32,294 bases of DNA, taken from positions 1-32,294 of the forward strand of contig DAHWIP010000001.1 in the NCBI GenBank assembly GCA_027344975.1, written 5' to 3'. Below the pieces are notes generated by a model, which searched no databases, had not been told where the DNA came from, and saw only the letters and a program-made list of their open reading frames with translations. The stretch is from Phycisphaerae bacterium (lineage in GTDB: Bacteria > Planctomycetota > Phycisphaerae > WQYP01). Position numbers and translations under genes: made by a program. Of the stretch, positions 25,089 to 32,294 are shown piece by piece (the first letter of the stretch is position 1; every line of letters begins with the position of its first letter).

Positions 25089-25104
25089 AGCAATTCACGA
25101 GCCA
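25089..25104 (-). promoter_or_regulatory. Sigma-54 (-24/-12) promoter match, drives small membrane protein gene
   Basis: The minus strand reads TGGCTCGTGAATTGCT with canonical spacing. It is intergenic, about 124 nt upstream of ATG 24965. Confidence 0.6.
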
Positions 25105-25437
25105 ATGGCGGATTTCTCAGTCTTTCAGTTTTCACGCCAGCACAGGGTATTTTCTATTGATGGATCGACACTTTGGCACGGACAATTTTTCCTGATGCAG
25201 ACCATCTGCCATGGTTCTATCCTGCCGGCTGCGATATCTCTGGCGATATAACAGTTCATCGGCTGCCGGTTCGCTCTCAGGGGCGCAGCGGCGAGTCGCG
25301 GCGGCAACCGATCCGGCGAAAGGTGTTGGAACGTTCGGCAATCAACACTCGCGATTACGGAGACCTGGCAACGTTATTCCCGGAACAATGACCGATCAAC
25401 CGGCTCTTTGCCAGGTGCGCTTCATAATCCGTCTGCG

Positions 25438-26841
25438 CTATTCCTGCGCGAGGGGTTTTTGCCGCGAATCGATGCGAAACTGCCACGTCAACCACGCGGC
25501 CACAAAACTTAGTCCCCCCAGCAGATCGAAAAACAGCGGCTTGGAGATGTGCAATTCAAGCAGGGGAAGAAAAAACGTGCTGATCACGGCCCCGAACCGC
25601 GAAAACGCGGTGGCAAATCCATGGCCCGTTGCCCGCACACTCGTCGGATACACCTCCGCCGGAATCATGTAGGTTGTATTGCCCGGACCGAAGGAATTAC
25701 ATGCCGTGGAAAACAGCAGACACCCGAAGGCCACGGCCACCATGGCGGGGGTGAATTTACCGCCGGTGGAAGCGGCCGTGCCGGCAATGGCGCCGATGAC
25801 GACCAGACAAACACCGCTGCCCAGAAAGCCGATGATCTGCGGCACGATCCGTCCGATACGGTCCACCAGCAGAACGAGCGGAACAAAGCCGATCAGGAAT
25901 GAAAAACTCAAGACTGTCGAGCCGAGAATACGGTCCCAGATTCCGACAAAACCGAGATGCTTGAGGATGGTGGGCTGATAGATCGTCAGGTAATAGCCGA
26001 CGAGATCCATGATGAACCATGGAAGGCAGGCCAGGAGTGTGGCGCGGATGAGCTCGCGGGAAAATAATATTTTCCAGGATGGGGTGGGCGTGATGATTCG
26101 GTGGTGTTCGTGAGCGAGAATCTCATCGAGCTGGGCCTGAGAGATGGAGGGCCGGAGGCGCTTCACGACCGCCGCGGCGGCCGCCACGTTTCCGCGGCGC
26201 AGATACCAGCGCGGCGATTCGGGCAGATCGCGGCGCAGCCAGATGACGAGTATGGCAGGCAGAGCCCCCAACCCCAGCATCCAGCGCCAATTCGACGGGC
26301 CGATCTGCCAGAGGGCCAAACCGGTGAATCCGGCTGTGATGGCCCCGATGGACCAGAGGCCGAACATGAGCGTGATGGCGGCACCGCGGCTTTTTTTCGG
26401 TGAAAATTCAGCCAGATAGGTGGCGGAGAGTGGATAGTCGGCCCCCACACCGATACCCAGCAGCAGACGAAAAACGATCAGCACCCCTATATTCCAAGCC
26501 AGGGCACACATGAGCGCCGACGCAAAGAAGGTGATCAGATCAATCAGGTAGATCGCCTTGCGACCGAAGCGATCGGCGATCCGCCCGGCGGAAAGTGCCC
26601 CGATCAGAGCCCCGGCCAGTGCAGCCGATCCGAGCATGCTGCTCTCGACGTGGGATATATGCCACTGCCGACGGATGAAAATCATGGCGATGCCGATGAT
26701 CACCAGATCGTAGCCGTCGAGGAAGACGCCCAGTCCCGCCGCCAGAACAAGGCGTTTATGCAGCCGGGTCATCGGGGCGGAATCGAGTTGCTCCAGCAGA
26801 GGATATGAATCAGCAGACGCAATAACCGACGTTTCACTCAC
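25438..26841 (-). CDS. MFS transporter, phosphate:H+ symporter (PHS, Pho84/PHT1-like) type
   Basis: 467-aa ORF. GRIADRFGRKAIYL and PESPRWYL place it in the sugar-porter-like MFS clade. GVGADYPLSATYLAEFSPKKSRGAAITLMFGLWSIG closely resembles the [32 protein letters not shown] block of PHT1/Pho84 transporters (from memory). Confidence 0.85.
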   Translation of the reverse strand: MSETSVIASADSYPLLEQLDSAPMTRLHKRLVLAAGLGVFLDGYDLVIIGIAMIFIRRQWHISHVESSMLGSAALAGALIGALSAGRIADRFGRKAIYLIDLITFFASALMCALAWNIGVLIVFRLLLGIGVGADYPLSATYLAEFSPKKSRGAAITLMFGLWSIGAITAGFTGLALWQIGPSNWRWMLGLGALPAILVIWLRRDLPESPRWYLRRGNVAAAAAVVKRLRPSISQAQLDEILAHEHHRIITPTPSWKILFSRELIRATLLACLPWFIMDLVGYYLTIYQPTILKHLGFVGIWDRILGSTVLSFSFLIGFVPLVLLVDRIGRIVPQIIGFLGSGVCLVVIGAIAGTAASTGGKFTPAMVAVAFGCLLFSTACNSFGPGNTTYMIPAEVYPTSVRATGHGFATAFSRFGAVISTFFLPLLELHISKPLFFDLLGGLSFVAAWLTWQFRIDSRQKPLAQE

Positions 26842-26864
26842 CCGATGCCCCCGATGCTTTTGCT

Positions 26865-29555
26865 TTACTGTCCATCCGAGGCGACAATCTGATCCACACT
26901 TTCACCGCGACGCTTTGCCATCGCTTGAATGTAGGCTTGCAGCCGCCGATAGGAAGCTGCCCCCTTGGACGCAATCCATTCCTGCTTCAATTGTTCCGGA
27001 CCGGGCACCTTCAGCAGCGTCGTGGGGCCGTATTCCGAGAGCTTCCCGGCCTTCATCGGATGGAGTTTGAGCCACTGAGGTGAGAGCCAATGACCGGTGC
27101 GGCCAGCCTTCATCCGTGCCATGAGCCCGGCGGAAACATGACCCGGGTTGAGAGCCATTTTTACGCGAATCGGACGAAGACGATAGGGAGCTGTGTCGGG
27201 TGTGCTGGCCCAGATGCCACTGATGACCTGTGCACCGGCATCCCACTGCGACATCGGCGGTACACCGGTAATCGCCTCCATCGTGCGGAGGATATTAATC
27301 TGGGAATAGGGATGCGTGATCAACACGCCCCGTTTCACCCATGGGCCGATCACCAGCGCCAAACTGCGATGAGCCGAGATGTGATCGGCACCGGACTGGG
27401 CATCATCCTCGGTGATGAAAATCAGGGTATGCCGCCATGATTTGAGCCTTGAAAGCTCGGCGACAATTTCGCCGGTGGCTTCATCATTATTAGCCACATA
27501 ATAATCGGGGGTATAGTATCCGGCCTGCCGACCGGCGGTATGATCATCCGGCAGCCAGATGTACATGAGTGCGGGCATATCGCCAGAATGCGAATGGATG
27601 AATTCTTTGACTATTTTGGCCCGGTAGGTATCGAGGAAAAACCGATTCCAACCCGGAAAATTCATCTGCACATGGGCGTGCATCGCGGCTGAAATATCCC
27701 CCATCTCGCTGCGCGAGACAAATTCTCCGAAATCCTGAAACGAAACATGATGATCGAGAAGATCATTAAAAATAAACATGCCGTCGGGATACGAAATCCA
27801 CGGATTGGCCCAGCGGCCCAGTTTTTTCAGGTCGGTGTAATCCGAATACGGGTTGTCCGTCCCGCCGAAGCCGTCCGTGGAATTAAACGCGCTTCCGACA
27901 AGAGGCTCAGTCCATCCAGGGTTTTCGGATAGTCCCCGACCGGAATAATACATGGGCCAGGTCCGCTGCACGAAATCACCATCCTCGCCGGAGGTCGTCC
28001 ACTGGTGTCCCTGTGCCGTCACTTCGCCGTCCACCTTGTAATTCACCATCAGGCCGAAGCGGTTCGCCAGGGCGTAGGCATTGGGAAGTTCCTTCTGGTC
28101 ATAAAGATCAAGTTTGGGGTCGGCCCATTTTCCGGCGCGCGAATAGGTGCCGAAATCTTCATCAAAGGTTTTGTTTTCACGCAGAATAAATACCACATGG
28201 TGAATGTGCTGGTGCAGCCATGCGGTTGCCTGGCGGTTGCCGACGGATAGCCGGGAGCGATCAGCAGCGGTCATCCGCAAATCGCTCAGTGCTTCGTGAG
28301 TCCATAACGGAAGTTGACGCTTCAGCTCCCGCAGCGAAATCATCTGCAATGAACCGGGAATACAATCGCCGATCCACTTGCCGTGCGGATTGGGCCCGAA
28401 TCCGACTCCCTTGGCACTGGTGATGAGGAGTTGGCCGTAGCTGATGACGGCATCAGTTGGATACCAGCCGGTGGGAATCAAACCGAGCAGTTTGCCGGTT
28501 GCGGTATTAAATACGGCAACATCATCATTGCCGGCATTACAGGCGAAGAGGCGTTTATGCCAGACGGCCAGCGCATCGGGAAAGGTGCCGGGGAGTGCAC
28601 CGGTGAAGGGAAGATCGGCAATGGTGCGAGTGACTTTGAAAGTTTTGATGCTGATTTCAGAGAGGGTGTCGGCGTTGGCGCAAGCCACCCAGACTGAGTG
28701 ATCCGCGTGATCGTACACGACGGCGGTGGGATGGATGCCGGGCAGACGATGATGCGGCCCGGTCGGCGGACCGAGACGAACAACCGCCCGGGTCTTCAAG
28801 TTCCTCTTTTCGATGAAGCGCACCGAGTCGGCGCCCCAGTCGGTTACCACGGCATAGCGTCCGGCCGTAACAACCTCGTACGGATATGAACCGACATTGG
28901 CGTAGACCGTCTCACCGGAGCGCAGATTGATCCGCGCAAGGCTGTTACTGAGTAACCCGGTAACAAATGCAAATTTGCCGCTGATGGCGGCAGAATCGGG
29001 ATAAAACAGGGGAGGCCCGGGTGGGCCCTGATTCACGTACGGGTATTGATTCTTCGGGAAACTCTGGCCGGTAAGCGGGAATTCGCGAACGATCTTGAGT
29101 TCATCCTGCGTCACCTTGATCGCCAGCAGATTATCCGACACTCCGCCAGCGGCATAGATCATGCCGTAGGGCCCGCGGACCAATCCTTGAAAGAGGCTCT
29201 GGTTGGTGACCACATTGGGAAGTTTGAGACTGTGCCACAGATGCTGATATTTGAGGAAATGCAGCACCATATTCGGTCGCAATTTTTTGTTGTAACCCTG
29301 CAGGGACTGAATCGCCGACGCTCCAGCCGATTCCACCACAATCGTACCGTGCTGTCGGACGACACCGACGGGAAAATTAGCCGTCTGAATCGTTTTTCCA
29401 ACCGGTGCGACGATTCTGCCGTCGGGCAGCTGATGTGTCAGCGTTGCACCAGATGCGATCGCCGACCAGCATACCACCGCTGCGACCAACGCAAACAATC
29501 TTGAACCTGACACACAAGCCCCTGCCGGGGGACGCGATCGGGATGGCCGTTGCAT
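26865..29555 (-). CDS. Secreted bifunctional YncE-like beta-propeller / phosphoesterase-family (PLC/AcpA-type) protein
   Basis: 896-aa ORF with a signal peptide (...LFALVAAVVCWSAIASG). The N-terminal ~430 aa are propeller-like. The C-terminal half has HVVFILRENKTFDEDFG and LIFITEDDAQSGADHISAHRS, which are hallmark blocks of the phosphoesterase family (PF04185). Confidence 0.85.
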   Translation of the reverse strand: MQRPSRSRPPAGACVSGSRLFALVAAVVCWSAIASGATLTHQLPDGRIVAPVGKTIQTANFPVGVVRQHGTIVVESAGASAIQSLQGYNKKLRPNMVLHFLKYQHLWHSLKLPNVVTNQSLFQGLVRGPYGMIYAAGGVSDNLLAIKVTQDELKIVREFPLTGQSFPKNQYPYVNQGPPGPPLFYPDSAAISGKFAFVTGLLSNSLARINLRSGETVYANVGSYPYEVVTAGRYAVVTDWGADSVRFIEKRNLKTRAVVRLGPPTGPHHRLPGIHPTAVVYDHADHSVWVACANADTLSEISIKTFKVTRTIADLPFTGALPGTFPDALAVWHKRLFACNAGNDDVAVFNTATGKLLGLIPTGWYPTDAVISYGQLLITSAKGVGFGPNPHGKWIGDCIPGSLQMISLRELKRQLPLWTHEALSDLRMTAADRSRLSVGNRQATAWLHQHIHHVVFILRENKTFDEDFGTYSRAGKWADPKLDLYDQKELPNAYALANRFGLMVNYKVDGEVTAQGHQWTTSGEDGDFVQRTWPMYYSGRGLSENPGWTEPLVGSAFNSTDGFGGTDNPYSDYTDLKKLGRWANPWISYPDGMFIFNDLLDHHVSFQDFGEFVSRSEMGDISAAMHAHVQMNFPGWNRFFLDTYRAKIVKEFIHSHSGDMPALMYIWLPDDHTAGRQAGYYTPDYYVANNDEATGEIVAELSRLKSWRHTLIFITEDDAQSGADHISAHRSLALVIGPWVKRGVLITHPYSQINILRTMEAITGVPPMSQWDAGAQVISGIWASTPDTAPYRLRPIRVKMALNPGHVSAGLMARMKAGRTGHWLSPQWLKLHPMKAGKLSEYGPTTLLKVPGPEQLKQEWIASKGAASYRRLQAYIQAMAKRRGESVDQIVASDGQ

Positions 29556-29795
29556 TTCACTCCTTAGCGCTTAACGCCCATTGTAGAGCGGCATCAAATC
29601 CATAACCGCCGGTAACCTACCGTCGCCATCTTAACGTTCTATTTCTGTTTTGTTTAGTTTTATTGTGTTCTCGGCCGCCGTACCCATTTCACGCAGGCAA
29701 TCTGCGCCGGACACCATGGCAACGGGGAAAGATCGTGCCGCGCCCCGGATCAGAGGTGGAAAACGTGACTCATCGCGGGATTCTCGCCGTGAAAA

Positions 29796-30842
29796 TTACT
29801 GTTCCCACATGTAGAGGAAATTGGGATGCAGGAAAGTGGACATGGCGGCCCCGGAGAGATTGACGTTGACCATATTAAAATTGCCACTCTTGCCCCCGAG
29901 ATCACTCTTGGCGTAAACCGATCCGGTGTCGTGCCCATTGCGTTTATAAAGCACAATGGTCGCGTGCTTGATATGGGCGAGCGCCTTGGCTTTGCGGATG
30001 GCGGCATGCAGACCGCCGAGGGCGTCAATCATGTGATAGCGAAGGGCGTCGATTCCCGTTAGCGGACGACCGTCGGTGAGCATCGGCCAGAGCTTCGGAT
30101 TAACCTGTGGATGCGAAGACTTGACGACATGCACAAAGCGGGCGAAAAATTCACGGACAAATCCCTGGATAATTTTTTTCTGTGAGGGTGTCATCTTGCT
30201 GAATGGCGATCCGGTTTCTTTGTTCGGACCGCTGGCGAACGCGGGGGCCGTCACACCAAGATATTGCAACGTGTGGCGAAAATTGAACAATTGAACAATC
30301 ACCCCCACGGAGCCGGTAATGGTCGTGGGATACGCCATCTGATAATCGGCGGCGCATGACAGGTAATACCCGCCGCTGGCGCACACATCCATCATGGAGA
30401 CCACGACCGGTTTATGTGTTTTTCGTTCAAATCGTTTCAGGGTGTTGTACATGATGGTGCTGGCGGTTACCGTGCCACCGGGCGTATTCATCCGAAGCAC
30501 GACGGCCTTAACCCGCGGGTCTTTGGCGATGGAGTGGAGAGTCTGGGCAAAATCACTCACCGGATTGTGCGACGAACCGAGCCATGATGCGGTGGATCCG
30601 TCGAGCAGCATCCCGCTTACATCCACAATCGCCACGCGATTGCAGTTAAACCATTGATGCGTTTTATGCACCACCTGCGGCCTGATACGCGGACTTACGG
30701 GCACCAGCGATATCTGCAGGGCGCGGTCGCCGCAACCGGCAATCGACATGCAGCCAACGAGCATAAGCAGGGTGCAACATACGGAAGAAATTTTTCCGGT
30801 ACGTCCCGAAACGGGCATGCGGGAAGAGAAGTTCATGAGCAT
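29796..30842 (-). CDS. sppA: Signal peptide peptidase SppA (S49 family, 36K type), lipoprotein-like N-terminus
   Basis: 348-aa ORF with the S49 blocks VVLRMNTPGGTV and CASGGYYLSCAADYQMAYPTTITGSVGV. The N-terminus ...LLMLVGCMSIAGC is lipobox-like. Its ATG overlaps the upstream stop by 1 nt (TGATG). Confidence 0.9.
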   Translation of the reverse strand: MLMNFSSRMPVSGRTGKISSVCCTLLMLVGCMSIAGCGDRALQISLVPVSPRIRPQVVHKTHQWFNCNRVAIVDVSGMLLDGSTASWLGSSHNPVSDFAQTLHSIAKDPRVKAVVLRMNTPGGTVTASTIMYNTLKRFERKTHKPVVVSMMDVCASGGYYLSCAADYQMAYPTTITGSVGVIVQLFNFRHTLQYLGVTAPAFASGPNKETGSPFSKMTPSQKKIIQGFVREFFARFVHVVKSSHPQVNPKLWPMLTDGRPLTGIDALRYHMIDALGGLHAAIRKAKALAHIKHATIVLYKRNGHDTGSVYAKSDLGGKSGNFNMVNVNLSGAAMSTFLHPNFLYMWEQ

Positions 30843-31267
30843 CAGCCTCGCGATCTTTCCACAATCTGCATCAAGTTACCTTCGCAATCCACGAAGGATA
30901 TCAGTCTTCCGCCCCCGACCGCCTGCACCACCGCCCCGACAAATCCTACGCCGCCGGCGGATAAATGTGCATACGCGGCATCAAAATCATCCACGCGCCA
31001 CGCCACATGGCTGATTCCCGGATCATGACTGTCGCGCGGACGACGCACATGCTCGTTGCGCGGCATAATCTCCAGCATCATACCGCGATGAACATCGTCA
31101 TCCGTCGGCGGTCCAATCAGATAGGTTCGCTGTCCGGAAGGTTGCTGCGGCTCGGTCTGAGCTTTGACCACGAGGCCGAGCATCCGGTGATACCATTTCA
31201 CAAGGGCGTCGGTATCGTCCGCGGCGATCGCCACATGATCCAAGGCGTCCGTGAAAGTAATACTCAT
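30842..31267 (-). CDS. VOC family protein (glyoxalase/bleomycin-resistance/dioxygenase fold)
   Basis: 141-aa ORF. LDHVAIAADDTDALVKWY, ...GISHVAWRVDDFDAAYAHL... and ...FVDCEGNLMQIVE are typical paired beta-alpha-beta-beta-beta VOC modules. Confidence 0.8.
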   Translation of the reverse strand: MSITFTDALDHVAIAADDTDALVKWYHRMLGLVVKAQTEPQQPSGQRTYLIGPPTDDDVHRGMMLEIMPRNEHVRRPRDSHDPGISHVAWRVDDFDAAYAHLSAGGVGFVGAVVQAVGGGRLISFVDCEGNLMQIVERSRG

Positions 31268-31340
31268 CGCCGCACCGCCTCCGCCACTTCGCCTATTGAG
31301 ATAACACGGTCGGCAGACAGTCCGCCGTCAAACTGCGGCA

Positions 31341-32294
31341 TCAGACTTCCTTGGCGGCAATCCACTTCATCATCCTTCGCAAATGCTTGCCGACCACCTC
31401 AACCTGCGAATTTTTATCCGCCTCGTAAAGGGCGTTAAATTTCGGCTTGCCGGCCTTGTGTTCCGCCATCCATTCGCGGGCAAACTGGCCGGAGGTGATT
31501 TCATCCAGAATTTTCTGCATTTCCTTTTTGGTCTGCTCGGTGATGATGCGGGGGCCGCGCGTCAGGTCGCCGTATTCGGCGGTATTGCTGATGCTGTAAC
31601 GCATGTAGTTCAGCCCGCCCTGATAGATCAGGTCGACAATCAACTTCACCTCATGGACGCATTCAAAATACGCCATCTCCGGCGGATAGCCATTTTTAAC
31701 CAGCGTTTCAAAGCCGGCCTTGATCAGCGCCGAGAGGCCGCCGCAGAGCACGGCCTGTTCGCCGAAGAGATCGGTCTCGCATTCATCCTTGAACGTGGTT
31801 TGGATGATGCCCGCCCGGGCGCCGCCGACGCCGTTGCCCCAGGCCAGAGCCGTCTGCAGAGCCTTGCCGGACGCATCCTGAGCCACGGCCACCAGGCACG
31901 GAACGCCGCCGCCTTTCACATACTCACTTCGCACCAGATGCCCGGGCCCTTTGGGTGCAATCATCACCACATCCACATCCGGAGGTGGAACAATCTGCTT
32001 GAAGTGAATATTCAAGCCGTGCGTGGTACCGAAGGTCTTGCCGCCCCGCAGGTTGGGAGCGATTTCCTTCTCGTAAATTTCAGGCTGTAATTCATCGGGC
32101 AGCGTGACAATGATAAGATCGGCCGCTTTGACCACATCAGGAATGCTCATCGGATCAAAGCCATGCTCGATGGCCAACTTGCCGTTGGCGGAATCTTTAC
32201 GGTTGGCAACGATCACCTTCACGCCACTGTCGCGAAGATTTTGGGCGTGGGCGTGCCCCTGCGAGCCGTACCCCAGCACGCCGACCGTTTTCCC
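31341..32294 (-). CDS. ilvC: Ketol-acid reductoisomerase IlvC (class I), N-terminus runs off the right edge
   Basis: The frame stays open to the window end (…[24 protein letters not shown]…). The NADPH-binding GYGSQGHA motif and full-length similarity to class I KARI are clear. Confidence 0.95.
   Translation of the reverse strand, partial: GKTVGVLGYGSQGHAHAQNLRDSGVKVIVANRKDSANGKLAIEHGFDPMSIPDVVKAADLIIVTLPDELQPEIYEKEIAPNLRGGKTFGTTHGLNIHFKQIVPPPDVDVVMIAPKGPGHLVRSEYVKGGGVPCLVAVAQDASGKALQTALAWGNGVGGARAGIIQTTFKDECETDLFGEQAVLCGGLSALIKAGFETLVKNGYPPEMAYFECVHEVKLIVDLIYQGGLNYMRYSISNTAEYGDLTRGPRIITEQTKKEMQKILDEITSGQFAREWMAEHKAGKPKFNALYEADKNSQVEVVGKHLRRMMKWIAAKEV

Noticed and set aside
25174-25190. TGGCACGGACAATTTTT, a perfect -24 box on the plus strand
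   Set aside because: There is no GC at the -12 position (ATTTT). It also points at the 3' end of a convergent gene.
31383-32090. 235-aa plus-strand ORF antisense to ilvC
   Set aside because: It is a shadow ORF. The minus-strand frame is an unmistakable ketol-acid reductoisomerase.
1-32294. Window-wide look for CRISPR arrays, rRNA/tRNA/tmRNA/RNase P/SRP RNA, integrases, transposases, toxin-antitoxin or known defence genes
   Set aside because: I saw no regularly spaced direct repeats, no conserved RNA core motifs and no ORF with recombinase, transposase, nuclease or defence-type motifs. My eye-scan sensitivity is limited, so Infernal/tRNAscan and HMM scans should confirm this.

Overview
GC-rich bacterial chromosomal segment. 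It probably comes from a PVC-group (Verrucomicrobiota-like) organism, inferred from four PEP-CTERM-tailed secreted proteins and a Minf_1886-like protein. The flanks look like housekeeping genes: a partial HAD phosphatase, tadA and a GT4 glycosyltransferase on the left; sppA, a VOC/glyoxalase protein and partial ilvC on the right. The centre (about 5.2-25.2 kb) looks like an envelope/stress island. It holds a huge Gly-rich PEP-CTERM protein, two DUF3494 ice-binding-like paralogs, two Ser/Thr-rich PEP-CTERM proteins, a GGDEF cyclase, an SPFH protein, a ClC channel, two MFS transporters and several tiny or disordered proteins (glycine-zipper, DUF3309, hydrophilin-like, single-TM). One NtrC-type sigma-54 activator sits in the middle. 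The most notable signal is regulatory. Reading the intergenic regions by eye, I find nine -24/-12 (GG-N10-GC) sigma-54 promoter matches (one of them weak), each pointing at a downstream gene. Two of them lie inside paralogous modules of about 350 nt with identical internal spacing. The activator has a degenerate receiver domain and no kinase partner in the window. Other points of interest are a Clp_N::cytochrome P450 fusion and a beta-propeller/phosphoesterase gene paired with a PHS-type phosphate symporter. I saw no rRNA, tRNA, CRISPR array, transposase or integrase. All homology calls come from motif recognition by eye, not from searches.
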